In this document: positions 18,601-29,400 of the stretch, in pieces
How positions within the stretch are numbered: position 1 is the stretch's first letter
How the letters are laid out: each line of letters starts with the position of its first letter
Source: an uncultured virus (IMG/VR IMGVR_UViG_3300047548_000197)
Taxonomy: Duplodnaviria; Heunggongvirae; Uroviricota; Caudoviricetes
IMG/VR virus record: IMGVR_UViG_3300047548_000197
Strand: one strand, 5' to 3'
Length of the DNA stretch: 60,715 nucleotides
Program-made: the position numbers and the translations under genes
The notes under the pieces: generated by a model
What the model was told of the DNA's origin: nothing
Databases searched by the model: none
The model's input: only the letters and a program-made list of their open reading frames with translations

Positions 18601-18677
18601 ACCACAGAAACTCTGCTGGAATTCCTGAAGGATTCTACTTACACGACACTATTCCACCAAAGGCTAAGAAAGCATAA
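15660..18677 (+). CDS. gp5: Central spike gp5 with GH19-like and peptidase M15-like domains
   Basis: OB-fold GVVENRNDPLSLGRCQVRV; YYGRGFIGLTGRENY; YPFNKVYETESGH..EFDDTPG; beta-helix repeats; C-terminal SGYR..SDH..GLAFDI..WIHISY. Confidence 0.92.
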   Translation: MFYTGVVENRNDPLSLGRCQVRVVGLHTHDKTQLPTNHLPWAIPLQPVTSAAMNGIGQTPIGPVEGTTVIITYADEDQQYPIMLGTVGGIARTPTAIGSDDDGEITEKIKDIQLRTIVGPVTGKKLTFIDPELGRVDLTRSLKANMRVIGFGIPENTFIVSIDSGTEITISSAVTGYGENIISFKEAPTNLDAVLQSKVEGVLTTSTGEPVLSGSGKPIVISDSPVKQTDTNQSIPTIPPKRSTPNEAKAKEGIKALLAACDKVGLTTKEQKCALLGIAGGESAWIPQQEAYNYSPARLKEVFSFATPEQVEKYSNAKKKGMSREEFFSWVYGPTTRGKNFLGNKTDEDGGKYYGRGFIGLTGRENYTLFQQKAKEFGITLDLVNNPDSLDTDINVSAVVAALYFKIKVPPKVNPSAHPGYFEAAKKAVGFNVPNIAAAKRQFYEYFYGENSYGGVEKDAGAPIAVPPQTEDGVVKPGPSPESVKRGTDNTGFRDPNNKYPLPDYINEPDTNRLARGIIEGTVINKKDATRVQGVPTASGSIWDQPQAPFGAKYPFNKVYETESGHIQEFDDTPGQERIHTYHRSGTFTEIDSQGTQVNYIVGDNFILMERNGCVHVAGECNITVDGTTNIFARSDANIEVSQNANLTVGNNLTVGAANDIYMAAGGDVLIKAGGDFNIQAANINQKSVNMNLESSADMNILAGATLHADYAEGQFGNGASGAVDVELTPPAVGIPVNSVVPYLIPPERQFEDKSSIETPDEWDTPEGRQQSNKETLQGVPNAPAPVASESAPIPSGGVTTKIPVDCQVIYTTTNFTNDFVLSKNFSLGMVIDGGVGGKHKLVDQMLRESKTGPERLYTVGEIVCNLAQACQNILEPALEILPGGIGGYNKLWRINSGYRQVGGISTPHSDHCKGLAFDIGILGNDKINKTYELVQKFEKLMPYDQIILEYRYPESTWIHISYRPKGTRKMAFTMVNDAIYHRNSAGIPEGFYLHDTIPPKAKKA

Positions 18678-18961
18678 TGCCAAACTTAACATATAAAGGC
18701 GCGATGAGTAAGGGTTTGGATGGTCCACCAACAGCCCTTACTGCTAAAATCCAATGTGTTAAAACTTATGTTGGTGGAGTGTTAGTAGGCGTAGTTGGTG
18801 ACCAGTTTGCGCCACACCTAGGGCATATTGGAGCACAGAGACAAATAACAGCTGGCGCTGCAAAGACTTTCTTCGAAGGTTTTGCAGCTGCGAGAGTAAA
18901 TGATCCAATTGCTGATGGCGACCAAGTTGCAGACGGCAATGCAAAAACCATAATAGAATAA
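18677..18961 (+). CDS. PAAR spike-tip protein (gp5.4-like)
   Basis: AAARVNDPI, His residues, follows gp5. Confidence 0.82.
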   Translation: MPNLTYKGAMSKGLDGPPTALTAKIQCVKTYVGGVLVGVVGDQFAPHLGHIGAQRQITAGAAKTFFEGFAAARVNDPIADGDQVADGNAKTIIE

Positions 18962-18962
18962 C

Positions 18963-18969
18963 CTAAATA
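18963..18969 (+). promoter_or_regulatory. Late promoter CTAAATA before gp25
   Basis: 6 nt before ATG 18976. Confidence 0.65.
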
Positions 18970-18975
18970 ATAGTT

Positions 18976-19368
18976 ATGGCAAGAAACACAAGAATATTCT
19001 CTGATTTAGACTTTAACTTCACTGCACATCCAGTGACGAAAGATATTGCACGCCGATATGATGATAATGCGATCAAGGCAGCGCTGAAAACTTTGATACT
19101 TACTAAAAACTATGAGAGACCATTCCACAGCGAAATTGGTTCTCCCGTTATGGCTTTGCTATTCGAACCAGCCACTCCAATGTTGGAAGCGACTTTACGA
19201 AGAGCAATTATTGATGTCATAAACAACTACGAACCAAGAGTTGAAGTTATAGATGTTATCGTCTCATTATTAGAAGACGAAAATTCTGTTGACATAACCA
19301 TAGAATTTAAGATCGTTAATACAGAGAGACCTTTAACTCTTGATATAACTCTAGAGAGAACACGATAA
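18976..19368 (+). CDS. gp25: Baseplate wedge gp25
   Basis: FSDLD, ERPFHSEIGS, NYEPRV. Confidence 0.95.
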   Translation: MARNTRIFSDLDFNFTAHPVTKDIARRYDDNAIKAALKTLILTKNYERPFHSEIGSPVMALLFEPATPMLEATLRRAIIDVINNYEPRVEVIDVIVSLLEDENSVDITIEFKIVNTERPLTLDITLERTR

Positions 19369-21200
19369 TGGCTAACAAAAAGATTAATGTAACAGAATTA
19401 GACTTTGATGCAATCAAGTCTAACATCAAAGAATTTTTAAGCGGACAAGAACAATTTCAAGATTATGATTTTGAAGGTTCTGCGATGTCCGTGCTGATGG
19501 ACACACTAGCCTACAACACACACTACAATGCATTGTACAATAACATGACGATTAACGAAATGTTCTTGGACTCTGCCAGAAAAAGAAGCAGCGTAGTTTC
19601 TCTAGCCAAGCATCTTGGCTACACACCACGTTCAGCCAAATGCGCTTCTGCTACAGTTAATATCACAGTTGCAGGCGGTACTTCTAGCCCGACAAACTTA
19701 ACAATTCCAGCCTTCAGTCAATTTAATACTACTGTTGATGGAACATCTCTGACATTTTTCAACAGAGGTTCTATTACAACTAACCGTAATGGAAACACTT
19801 ATACATTCACTGGTGTTGAAATCCACGAGGGTGCACCACTATCTAATAAGTTTTTAGTTAGCAACGGTGCAAGATATATTGTGCCAAACGCTGATATTGA
19901 CTTAGACACATTAACTGTTAGAGTTCAGGAAAGTTCTACATCTTCTTTCTACGAGACATATTCTCGTGCAGATACATTAGTTAAAGCTACACCAGATTCT
20001 AAATTATACTGGATCAAAGAGATCGACGATAGTCTTTATGAGTTAACATTCGGTGATGGTAATTTGGGTAAGGCTCTTTCTAATGGTAATGTGATTCACA
20101 TCGAATATTTTGTTTCCAGTAAAGAAATAGCCAATGGCGCTAGAGCATTCACATATAATGGTTCAACTCTATTGAGTGGTTCTACTATAACTATTACTAC
20201 TACTTCTCCAGCTTCTAATGGATCTGATAGAGAAGACATAGAGAGTATTCGATTCAATGCTCCAAAAATGTACTCAGCACAAAACCGTGCTGTTACCCCA
20301 GATGATTACAAGGCTCTTATCTATGCATCTGTGCCAGAAGCCAAGTCAGTTTCTGTTTGGGGTGGTGAAGATAACAACCCACCAGTTTACGGTAAAACTT
20401 TTATCTGTGTCAAACCAAAGAATGCTTCTAAGTTGACATCGGTTCAAAAAGCATCTATTATTTCCAGCGTGTTGTCTCAGCGTAGCGTTGTTTCTGTTAC
20501 TCCAGAAATTTTAGATCCAGAATATATTAACATCGCTCTAGATGTTACAATCTATTACAACGAGCAAGAAACTACAAAGACTGCTTCTGAGATAGAAACA
20601 ATCGTTACAAACGCAATCTTTAAATACGATGATGATGACTTGCAGAGATTCGATGGTATGTTTAGATTCTCTAAACTAAGTAGAATTATTGACGCAGCAG
20701 ACCCATCTATTGTCAGCAACATTACTACTGTTCTATTAAGAAGAAGATTGATTCCTCGCTATAATGTTAGCGCTCAATATATCTTGAACATCATTAACCC
20801 AATCTACGCAGATGGACAGGGTGAATCTGGTTCATTCTTAACAACTGGTTTCTTTATTGCTGGTAGCGATGAAGTTCACTATATGAACGATGATGGTGTT
20901 GGATATGTTAGACTGTTTAAGTATGGTCCAAACGCTATCAAACAATATGTAAATAACAGAATCGGTACTATTGACTACGCTAACGGTATCGTAGACATTA
21001 GAAACTTACACATCACAGCATTGGCTGATATCGACTTTGAGATTTCTATTAAACCACAATCTAATGATGTGGTCTCCGCTCTAACCCAAATCGCTGAAAT
21101 TGCCAGAGATCACTTGACAATTAAAGCAATTTCTGATAAGGCAGCTACTGGAGATCTTCGTGGCGGATACAATTACGTCTTTAGCACAAGCAGATCATAA
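19368..21200 (+). CDS. gp6: Baseplate wedge gp6
   Basis: LDFDAIK, DYDFEGS, LAYNTHY, QNRAVTPDDY, WGGEDNNPPVYGK. Confidence 0.95.
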   Translation: MANKKINVTELDFDAIKSNIKEFLSGQEQFQDYDFEGSAMSVLMDTLAYNTHYNALYNNMTINEMFLDSARKRSSVVSLAKHLGYTPRSAKCASATVNITVAGGTSSPTNLTIPAFSQFNTTVDGTSLTFFNRGSITTNRNGNTYTFTGVEIHEGAPLSNKFLVSNGARYIVPNADIDLDTLTVRVQESSTSSFYETYSRADTLVKATPDSKLYWIKEIDDSLYELTFGDGNLGKALSNGNVIHIEYFVSSKEIANGARAFTYNGSTLLSGSTITITTTSPASNGSDREDIESIRFNAPKMYSAQNRAVTPDDYKALIYASVPEAKSVSVWGGEDNNPPVYGKTFICVKPKNASKLTSVQKASIISSVLSQRSVVSVTPEILDPEYINIALDVTIYYNEQETTKTASEIETIVTNAIFKYDDDDLQRFDGMFRFSKLSRIIDAADPSIVSNITTVLLRRRLIPRYNVSAQYILNIINPIYADGQGESGSFLTTGFFIAGSDEVHYMNDDGVGYVRLFKYGPNAIKQYVNNRIGTIDYANGIVDIRNLHITALADIDFEISIKPQSNDVVSALTQIAEIARDHLTIKAISDKAATGDLRGGYNYVFSTSRS

Positions 21201-23350
21201 TGGCATTAACAAAACCTAAGATTTCAACTCTGGTAGCAAATCAGCTACCAGAGTTTGTACGAGAAGAATACGATACATTCGTTTCGTTCTTAGAAGCGTA
21301 TTACACGTATCTAGAATCTACACAAGTCGACTTAAAGACTCTGAGAGATTTAGATAGTACACTAGACAGTTTCATCAAACACTTTAGAAATGAATATGGG
21401 TCAAACATTCCATATTCTACTGTTAGTGAAAGATTCTTACTACAGCATATTAAAGATCAGTACAAAGCAAAGGGTTCTGAAGCATCATTTAAGTTGCTAT
21501 TCAGAATTTTGTTTAACAAGGAAGTGTCTATTGACTATCCTTCTAAACAAATGCTTCGCGCATCTGACGGTAAATGGAACCAAGACGTTTCTGTTTTTGC
21601 CAAGATATTGACTGGTACACCAAACGATGTTGTTGGTAAATTAGTTGATGTTATCACACCAAATAAAATTATTCGTGTTCTAGTTGATAGAAGACAAGAC
21701 GTTGAAGTTGAAGTTGAACGAACAATTCGTTTGTCTGATACTGTTTATGAATTTCTAATCGATCGTCGATTCTTTGGTAATGTTTCAGTTGGCGACAGAC
21801 TACGTTACAGAAATGATGCAGAGGGTGTTTACTTTACTGCTGAGATTTTAGCAACAACAACTGCTCTAGAAGTTCAACAAGCAGGTTCTGGATTTAAAGT
21901 TGGTCAGCTGTATAATATCCGTAACTTTAACGGTTATGGTTCTATTCTAAAAGTTTCTAAAGTTAACTCTACTGGTGGTATTGAACTAGCTCAATTCATT
22001 AAATACGGTATAGGTTACAGCACAGACTTTACAACTACAATTTCTGCTCAGTCTGGTCAGGATGTTTCTGGTACATCTGGTACTGTTATTCAGCGTATTG
22101 GTTCTAATCTTAATATTTCAGAAGGTTTGGATGGTTATTCTGAAAGCGGTACAATCAACACGTTTGACTACGCATTCGATCCAGCGAACCCAACTGCCCC
22201 TGCCATTGACGGTACTTATGCAGGTAACGTGCTTAGAGAATTCGGTATTTCTACTATCGACTCTAAAGTAACAGACAGCAACCCAGCTATCATTAAAGTT
22301 AAACTTGGTGCTCTTGCAAAGTATCCAGGTTACTATATTAACAACGATGGTTTCTTGGATGACGCGATTTATATCCAAGACTCTAGATACTATCAAGCGT
22401 TTTCTTACGTTATTAAGATCGACGAGACTCTAGATCGTTATAAGACTGCAGTCAAGAACTTGATTCACCCAGCTGGTATGGCTATGTTTGGTGAATACGA
22501 TATTCGTAACGAATTCGACATCAGCTTAGAACTAGAATCTCTAATCAGAATCTTGACTCTTTCTAAGAGTGAAGAAGTTACTGCTGAAAACTTAATTGAG
22601 ATAAAACACTTTAGCAAGTATCTAGACGATTATGTGAGAAACTACAATAATGCTCTAGAAGGGCATGTAGTTATCCCATTCGACGAAATTGGTACTGGTA
22701 TGGACAGAACTTATCCATACTTGTTAGTTGGAAAGAACATTATAAACACTACACCAAACTACGATGGTTTGGTCGAAGGTCATGAAGTGTTTATGTCTTC
22801 TGAAGTTGGTGAAGGTCTAGATCGTACTGGTCCATTCTTTGATTCTCATAAGACTATCACGATAACAACGCTAAATTATGATGGTGATTTAGATCAAGAA
22901 AATGTTATGCCAGTTGATGAAACTGGGTACGGTATGGAAAGAACTTATCCGTACATGACATTTAATAAATTAGTTGATGAAACTGTAGCGAACTATGATG
23001 GGGTTTATGACCCACAATCTGTTGTCATGATCGAACCAGAATATCCAATGTTAGATGGAACCAGAACTGGTTTAGCTATCATTGATATGGAAAAATTATT
23101 AGACGCTCATATTCTTTATGACGGTGGAACTAACTACGAACACGTAGTTATGGAAGATGTAACGGGATCCGACCTAAATAGAACAGTCCCCGCATTCATA
23201 TTAGAGAAGATTATTGACCCTACAATTTCTGGTATTGATATCAGTGAAGTTGTAGACTCAGGTGGTATTATCGAGTTTAACCCTTACGGTGAAGCTGGCT
23301 TTTTCTTAAATGATAGTGGATTGTACGTCGGAACAGAAATTTTATTCTAA
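21200..23350 (+). CDS. gp7: Baseplate wedge gp7-like protein with C-terminal repeats
   Basis: QLPEFVREEY, YKAKGSEASFKLLFRILF, IQDSRYYQAFSYVIK, HPAG. Confidence 0.78.
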   Translation: MALTKPKISTLVANQLPEFVREEYDTFVSFLEAYYTYLESTQVDLKTLRDLDSTLDSFIKHFRNEYGSNIPYSTVSERFLLQHIKDQYKAKGSEASFKLLFRILFNKEVSIDYPSKQMLRASDGKWNQDVSVFAKILTGTPNDVVGKLVDVITPNKIIRVLVDRRQDVEVEVERTIRLSDTVYEFLIDRRFFGNVSVGDRLRYRNDAEGVYFTAEILATTTALEVQQAGSGFKVGQLYNIRNFNGYGSILKVSKVNSTGGIELAQFIKYGIGYSTDFTTTISAQSGQDVSGTSGTVIQRIGSNLNISEGLDGYSESGTINTFDYAFDPANPTAPAIDGTYAGNVLREFGISTIDSKVTDSNPAIIKVKLGALAKYPGYYINNDGFLDDAIYIQDSRYYQAFSYVIKIDETLDRYKTAVKNLIHPAGMAMFGEYDIRNEFDISLELESLIRILTLSKSEEVTAENLIEIKHFSKYLDDYVRNYNNALEGHVVIPFDEIGTGMDRTYPYLLVGKNIINTTPNYDGLVEGHEVFMSSEVGEGLDRTGPFFDSHKTITITTLNYDGDLDQENVMPVDETGYGMERTYPYMTFNKLVDETVANYDGVYDPQSVVMIEPEYPMLDGTRTGLAIIDMEKLLDAHILYDGGTNYEHVVMEDVTGSDLNRTVPAFILEKIIDPTISGIDISEVVDSGGIIEFNPYGEAGFFLNDSGLYVGTEILF
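22610..23215 (+). repeat. About five degenerate 39-aa tandem repeats (NYDG....H.V....E.G.G.DRT.P) in gp7-like protein
   Basis: NYNN/NYDG/NYDG/NYDG units exactly 39 aa apart, fifth more divergent. Confidence 0.8.
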
Positions 23351-23360
23351 AGGAGATTAT

Positions 23361-23810
23361 ATGAATCTACAAGAACAAGAAATGCTAACAATGAAGGGCG
23401 AACTTAAAGTCGTTCTAAAGGATGCATTCGGTAATATTAAAGACGAACGTGATATCAAGAACTTAGTTGTTACTGTTGGTAAGAACTACATTGCTTCACG
23501 TATTGTTGGTGTTGCAAACGACATCATGTCACACATGGCTATTGGTACTGGTACTGCAACTCCAGCCGTGGCAAACACTACATTAGGCACTGAAGCTGGT
23601 CGTGTTACATTGGCTTCTGCTTCTGCTGCAAACAACCAAGTTACTTACACTGCCACTTTCCCAGCTGGTACTGGTACTGGTGCCATCACTGAAGCTGGTG
23701 TTTTCAATAACACTACTGGTGGTATCATGCTATGCCGTACAACTTTCCCAGTTGTTAACAAAGCTGCTGGTGACTCTATTGCTATCACTTGGGTTGTTAC
23801 AGTAAGCTAA
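23361..23810 (+). CDS. Virion structural protein (tail-fibre collar-like)
   Basis: AAGGAG RBS; NLVVTVG, MAIGTG, ITEAGVFN. Confidence 0.75.
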   Translation: MNLQEQEMLTMKGELKVVLKDAFGNIKDERDIKNLVVTVGKNYIASRIVGVANDIMSHMAIGTGTATPAVANTTLGTEAGRVTLASASAANNQVTYTATFPAGTGTGAITEAGVFNNTTGGIMLCRTTFPVVNKAAGDSIAITWVVTVS

Positions 23811-23824
23811 TCAGGAATTTATAA

Positions 23825-26407
23825 ATGGCGACTTCATCTCTATTGAAATCTGCATTACATAACTCTATCGCAGAGGGTTTATATAATGAAATTCAAAACC
23901 GTACCGCTCGTTACTACTATTTTCTAGGTAGAACAATTCAGTGGACTGGTGATGACACAGTGCCGCCATTTCCAGTCGACAGTTTTGATTACGAATTAAA
24001 AACTCGTTCTGAAATTATCACAATGAAAGAAATTAAGTCTACAGACGTAGCTTTCGTTGTGCCACGTGTTGACTGGGTAACTGGCACTGTTTATGATATG
24101 TATGACGATCAATATAGCGATGAAGTGCAAGGTATTGACGTAATTTCTGGTGGTTTTGGATATTCAGATCCTCCTACAATCACAATTACTGGCGGTGGTG
24201 GATCTGGAGCTACAGCAGAAGCTATTGTATTAGATGGCGTTGTTGTTGCTATTGATTTACTAACACGTGGTCGTGGATATACATCTAGCCCAACAGTAGA
24301 AATTGCTGGCGGTGGTGGTGAAGGATGTGCTGCAGCGGCGGTGGTTGTAAAAGGATATTCTGGAACTCAACTTCTAGAAGACACAAATAACTACGTTATC
24401 ACAGACGAATTTAACGTATACAAGTGCCTTGATAATAACAATGGTGCTGCTTCGACATATAAACCTATCGGTACTGTCGTTGATCCTGTTATTATGCCAG
24501 ATGGTTACATGTGGAAGTACTTGTATAGTATTCCAATTGCCTTACGTAACAAGTTTTTGACTGATGCTTATATGCCAGTCGTTAACTCTCTACGTTCACA
24601 GTTTTATTCTAACGGTGAGATTCAAAACACAATTATTGAATCTGGTGGAGAGAACTATACTTTCGCTTCTATAGTTGTTCAAGGTGACGGTTATAGAGCA
24701 TCTGATCCTCTGTTGCTGCAAAACGTAGCGATATCTAGTGGTGGCGCTGATTATACATCTGGCGCGACAGTAGCCTTTGAACCGCCATTTGCAGGTGCGA
24801 ACCCATGGGTTGAAGACATTGGCGTATTGCTTGGTCAAAAGATTGAACACGAAGGTAATATCTACGAAGCAACTCTATCTGGCTCATTAGCTTCTCCTGC
24901 TCCAACACATAAGAGTGGTGAAGTTAAAAATGGTACTGCTGTTCTTAAGTACATCGGTTCTACTGTGACTGGTCAAGTAACAGTTTCTGGTGGTCATGTT
25001 ACTGGAATTATCTTAAATGGTTCTGTTTATGACGTGAACATTATTGACGGCGGATCTGGTTATACAGCTGTCCCAGACGTTACAATCTCTGGCGGTGGTG
25101 GTACTGGTGCTCTAGGTCAAGCTGTTATGCAAGGCACTAGCGTTGCGTATGTTGTTGTTCAAGACTCTGGTGATAATTACACATCTGCGCCAGACATTGT
25201 ATTTGGTACTGAATGGGAAGCTGCCACAGCTTACGCAGTTAACCAACAAATTTTCTATTCTAACAGATTGTACACAGTAACATCTGCTGGAACTTCAGGT
25301 ACTACTGCTCCAACTCATACATCTGGTTCTGATTCAAATGGAACTGTAGTTTTACAGTATGTTGGTAGTCCAGCAACTGGTACTATCTCACTTAAGTACG
25401 GTTCTGGATACTCATCTCTTCCAGGTGTTTCTATTCAACCAGTTTCTGGTGGTAGTGGTGCTACTGCTTACTGTCAAGGTGTTAAATCATCTGCCAAGTT
25501 AATTCCAATTTTAGATGCTGGACAAATCGTTGGTGTTTCTATTGTTGAAGGTGGTATTGGTTATACATACGCCAACATCTCTATTGCTGGTGATGGCACA
25601 GGCGCGATTATAACTTCTGACTTATCTCCAGGCGATATTAATACACTACAAGCAAACACTGAATTGTTGACAACAGATGGTCGTATCATGGCATATCCAG
25701 TTATTTCTGGTGGCTTTGGATACGGCACACCACCAACAATCACTATTGAAGGTGATGGTGAAGGTGCTGAGGCTGTTGCTCAAGTAGAAGCTGGTAAAGT
25801 TATCAAGATAACACCAACACAATACGGTATTGGATATCGTTGGGCTAAAGTAACTATTACTGGTGCTGGTGAAGGTGCTACTGCTCGCGCTGTTATGGCT
25901 CCATTCGGTGGACATGGTAAAGATCCTATTAATGGTATGTTTGCCAGAACACTGATGTTCTACTCAAATATTTCCAAGGACAAGAACCAAGGTTTTGAAG
26001 TTAATAACGACTTCCGTCAATTGGGTATTATTAAAAACCCAAGACAGTACGGTAAAACAGCGCTATTAAAAACATCATTGGGTTCAGGATGTTATGTTAT
26101 TTCTGGATATGTTGATGTTAACAACTTTAGCCAAGATATGCTAGTAACTATGGGTTCTGCTAGTGGTCCAAGATTTAGAATTGTTGCGTTGACTTCTACT
26201 GGCGCTTTGTTACAATCTTTAGACAACGCTGTACCTCAAGTTGGTTCTGTATTCCAGAACGAAGAAGCAGAAGCGTTTGCTGCTTCTGGTGTTAGCAACC
26301 CAACAGTAGACAAATACTCTGGTGACTTGCTATTCATTGACAACAAACAAGCATTCACTCCAACTGCAGACCAAACTGTTACATTAAGAACTGTTATCAG
26401 ATTCTAA
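23825..26407 (+). CDS. gp8: Baseplate wedge gp8 with large repeat insertions
   Basis: VVPRVDW..GTVYDMY, VYKCLDNN, DGYMWKYLY, NDFRQLGIIKNP, SGDLLFIDN. Confidence 0.88.
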   Translation: MATSSLLKSALHNSIAEGLYNEIQNRTARYYYFLGRTIQWTGDDTVPPFPVDSFDYELKTRSEIITMKEIKSTDVAFVVPRVDWVTGTVYDMYDDQYSDEVQGIDVISGGFGYSDPPTITITGGGGSGATAEAIVLDGVVVAIDLLTRGRGYTSSPTVEIAGGGGEGCAAAAVVVKGYSGTQLLEDTNNYVITDEFNVYKCLDNNNGAASTYKPIGTVVDPVIMPDGYMWKYLYSIPIALRNKFLTDAYMPVVNSLRSQFYSNGEIQNTIIESGGENYTFASIVVQGDGYRASDPLLLQNVAISSGGADYTSGATVAFEPPFAGANPWVEDIGVLLGQKIEHEGNIYEATLSGSLASPAPTHKSGEVKNGTAVLKYIGSTVTGQVTVSGGHVTGIILNGSVYDVNIIDGGSGYTAVPDVTISGGGGTGALGQAVMQGTSVAYVVVQDSGDNYTSAPDIVFGTEWEAATAYAVNQQIFYSNRLYTVTSAGTSGTTAPTHTSGSDSNGTVVLQYVGSPATGTISLKYGSGYSSLPGVSIQPVSGGSGATAYCQGVKSSAKLIPILDAGQIVGVSIVEGGIGYTYANISIAGDGTGAIITSDLSPGDINTLQANTELLTTDGRIMAYPVISGGFGYGTPPTITIEGDGEGAEAVAQVEAGKVIKITPTQYGIGYRWAKVTITGAGEGATARAVMAPFGGHGKDPINGMFARTLMFYSNISKDKNQGFEVNNDFRQLGIIKNPRQYGKTALLKTSLGSGCYVISGYVDVNNFSQDMLVTMGSASGPRFRIVALTSTGALLQSLDNAVPQVGSVFQNEEAEAFAASGVSNPTVDKYSGDLLFIDNKQAFTPTADQTVTLRTVIRF

Positions 26408-26413
26408 TAAATA
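26407..26413 (+). promoter_or_regulatory. Late promoter ATAAATA
   Basis: Intergenic, upstream of the 2093-aa gene. Confidence 0.6.
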
Positions 26414-26447
26414 ATGTATAACAAATAATTTTTCGAGAGTAAAAAGA

Positions 26448-29400
26448 ATGATAGATTTCAACACAGAACCGTATAATGATGACTTTGAAGAAGGTAAAAA
26501 GTTTTACCGAATCTTGTATCGCCCTTCATTTGCAGTTCAAGCACGTGAACTTACTCAAATGCAGACTATTCTGCAGAATCAAATTAAGAGACATGGCGAT
26601 GCTATCTTTAAGCAAGGTGCTATGGTCATTCCAGGTCAAGCGTCTGTTGAAACTGTAACACAACAAAACCAAGGTTCTGATTACGTTAAATTAGTTTCCT
26701 TGTACTCTGGCGTTGCAGTCGAAACATTTTTGACTAGCCTTAAAGATCAGATTATCATTGGTTCTAGCGGCGTGAAGGCGCAAGTTATCAAAACTCAAAG
26801 CGCTGAAGAATCTGATCCAACAACATTGTATGTCCGTTATCTAAACTCAGGTAATGATGGACAAACAAAAACATTCTCAAACTCTGAAGTTATTCAGACT
26901 GAAGACGGTGCTTACTCTTTCCAAGCTGCTTCTACTGGAGCAGTCGGTAAAGGTTCTTTGGCCACAGTTAAAGAAGGTGTCTACTACATCAATGGTCACT
27001 TCTGTTTAGTTGAAGAACAAACAATTATTCTAGAAAAATATTCAAATAGCCCAACATACAGAGTTGGTTTGGATGTTAGTGAGAAAGTTATTACTCCAGA
27101 AGAAGACGAAACTCTTTTGGACAATGCACAAAACAGCTACAACTTTGCTGCTCCAGGCGCTCACCGTTACTACATTGAGTTGATTCTTATTAAGAAAGCA
27201 CTTGATGATACAGACGATCAAGACTTTGTAGAATTGATTCGTGTTAACAATGGTACTGTAGACACAATCGTTAAGACAACAGAGTATTCTTTGATTGGCA
27301 AAGAATTGGCTCGTAGAACTTACGACGAATCTGGTGACTACACTGTAAAAGAATTTGCAATCGATATCAGAGAACACCGTAACAACGATCGTGGCGCTTG
27401 GGCTCAGAACACTAGCTATTTGATTGGTGATATTGTTGCACACGGCGGTAACTTATACGTTGCGAAAAACAGCGGCTCATCTGTAACAACTGCTCCAACT
27501 CATACAACTGGAACTGCATATGACGGTCCAGGTTCTACAGGTATCAACTGGGAATACACAGAAGCTCCAGCTTACAACCGTGGTATCTACTTGAATGGCG
27601 ATGAAACAAAACTAGCTATCGGACTAGAAGCTGGTAAGGCATATGTTCGCGGTTATGAGATCGAAAAAGACTCAACAACATATCTTCCAGTATCAAAGTC
27701 CAGAGAATACGCTCAAGCCGTTGACGCTATTATTCCAGCCACTGTTGGTAATTATGTTCTTGTTAAGAACGTGAACAACTTGCCACCAGTTGACTCATAT
27801 GACACAATTCGTTTGTATGATCAAATAACAGGATCTAGCGGTCGCGGTACTGCAGTTGGTAACAATATTGGTACTGCCCGTATTCGCTTTATTGAATGGC
27901 ACACTGGCTTGCCGTTTAACACATCTTCTGTTTATAAACTTGGTCTATTCGATGTTCAAATGAACAACGGGTTTGACTTCAACCGCGATGTAAAATCATT
28001 CTACTACAGCGTTTCTGGAGATCCTCAGTTGAGCTTCTCTGCTGATATTGATCCAGTAACATCTACTCTTTCTGGTTCTGTTAGCGCTTCTGGCGGTACA
28101 CTAACTGGTGTTGGAACATCATTCCAGACAGATCTTTCTGCAGGTGATTACATCGTAGTCGACGGACAGATGGTTCGTATTACTGCTAATCCATCTAGCC
28201 AAGAAGCAGCGACTGTTCCATCTACATTCTCGTTCACAGGCAAAGCATATAGCTTGGCAACAACAGAAATTGTAGAACCAGGAAATAACTCTCTGTTGTT
28301 CCCACTACCATACTACGCTGTTAGATCTATGCGTCAAGCTGGTACTGGTGGTATCAACGACACTAGCTATACATGCTACCAAAAGATTACCCAGACTGCA
28401 ACTGGCACATCAGTTACATTCTCTATCTCTGGTACATTTGCTTCTTACGCAGAAACAGACAACTATATCTTTATTGATAACGATGCCACTGCAGGCGGTG
28501 AAGTATTCACACCAGACTCTGTGACTCCATCTGGTTCTAACTTGACTGTATTGGTTCCATCTGGCAGAGCAAACCGTTCTATCTCTGTTATTGCAGCTGT
28601 TGTTCGTTCTGGTTCTTCTTTCGAGAAAACAAAGACTCTAACAACAGCAACACCAATGACTTTGACTAGCGCTTCTGACGCCAAAGCATCTACTATCTTG
28701 CTAGAACACGCTGACGTGTTTAGATTGATTAGTGTTAAAATGGCTAGTGGTTTTGCGTTTGGTTCAACTCCAGCGCCAGAAGATTACACAACAGACATCA
28801 CAGACTTCTACGAGTTTGATGATGGTCAACGCACAACACACTATGATCTAGGTAGACTAATTCTTAAAGCGTCTTATAGCGCTCCAAACAGCCCAATCAG
28901 AATCCAGTACGAATATTTCGAACATGGTGTTGGTGACTACTTTGATGTTAACTCTTACACAAACATTGATTACAAGTCAATCCCCGCTAACTGCCGCGAT
29001 GCAATTGACTTTAGACCACGTGTAGCCAACAAGAGCGCTGGTTCTACTAGAAACTTTATTGGCACAGGTTCTTCTCTAACATCAATTCCAAAACGTGGTA
29101 TTGACATCCTAGCAGACTTTAGCTACTACCTTGCTAGAAAAGATAAGATTGCTATCGACTTCAACGGTAAATTCTTCTCTGTTGCTGGCGTATCATCTCT
29201 AAATCCAGGTGACCCTCAAGATCCAGCTTTGGGTATGGTGTTGTATAACATCACACTAGAACCATACACATTTGGCACTAAGTCAAACAACGTTAATGTT
29301 CAGAAACTAGAAAACAAGCGTTACACAATGCGCGACATTGGTAAGCTAGAAACTAGAATCAACAACTTAGAATACTACACTTCTCTTTCTCTACTAGAGC

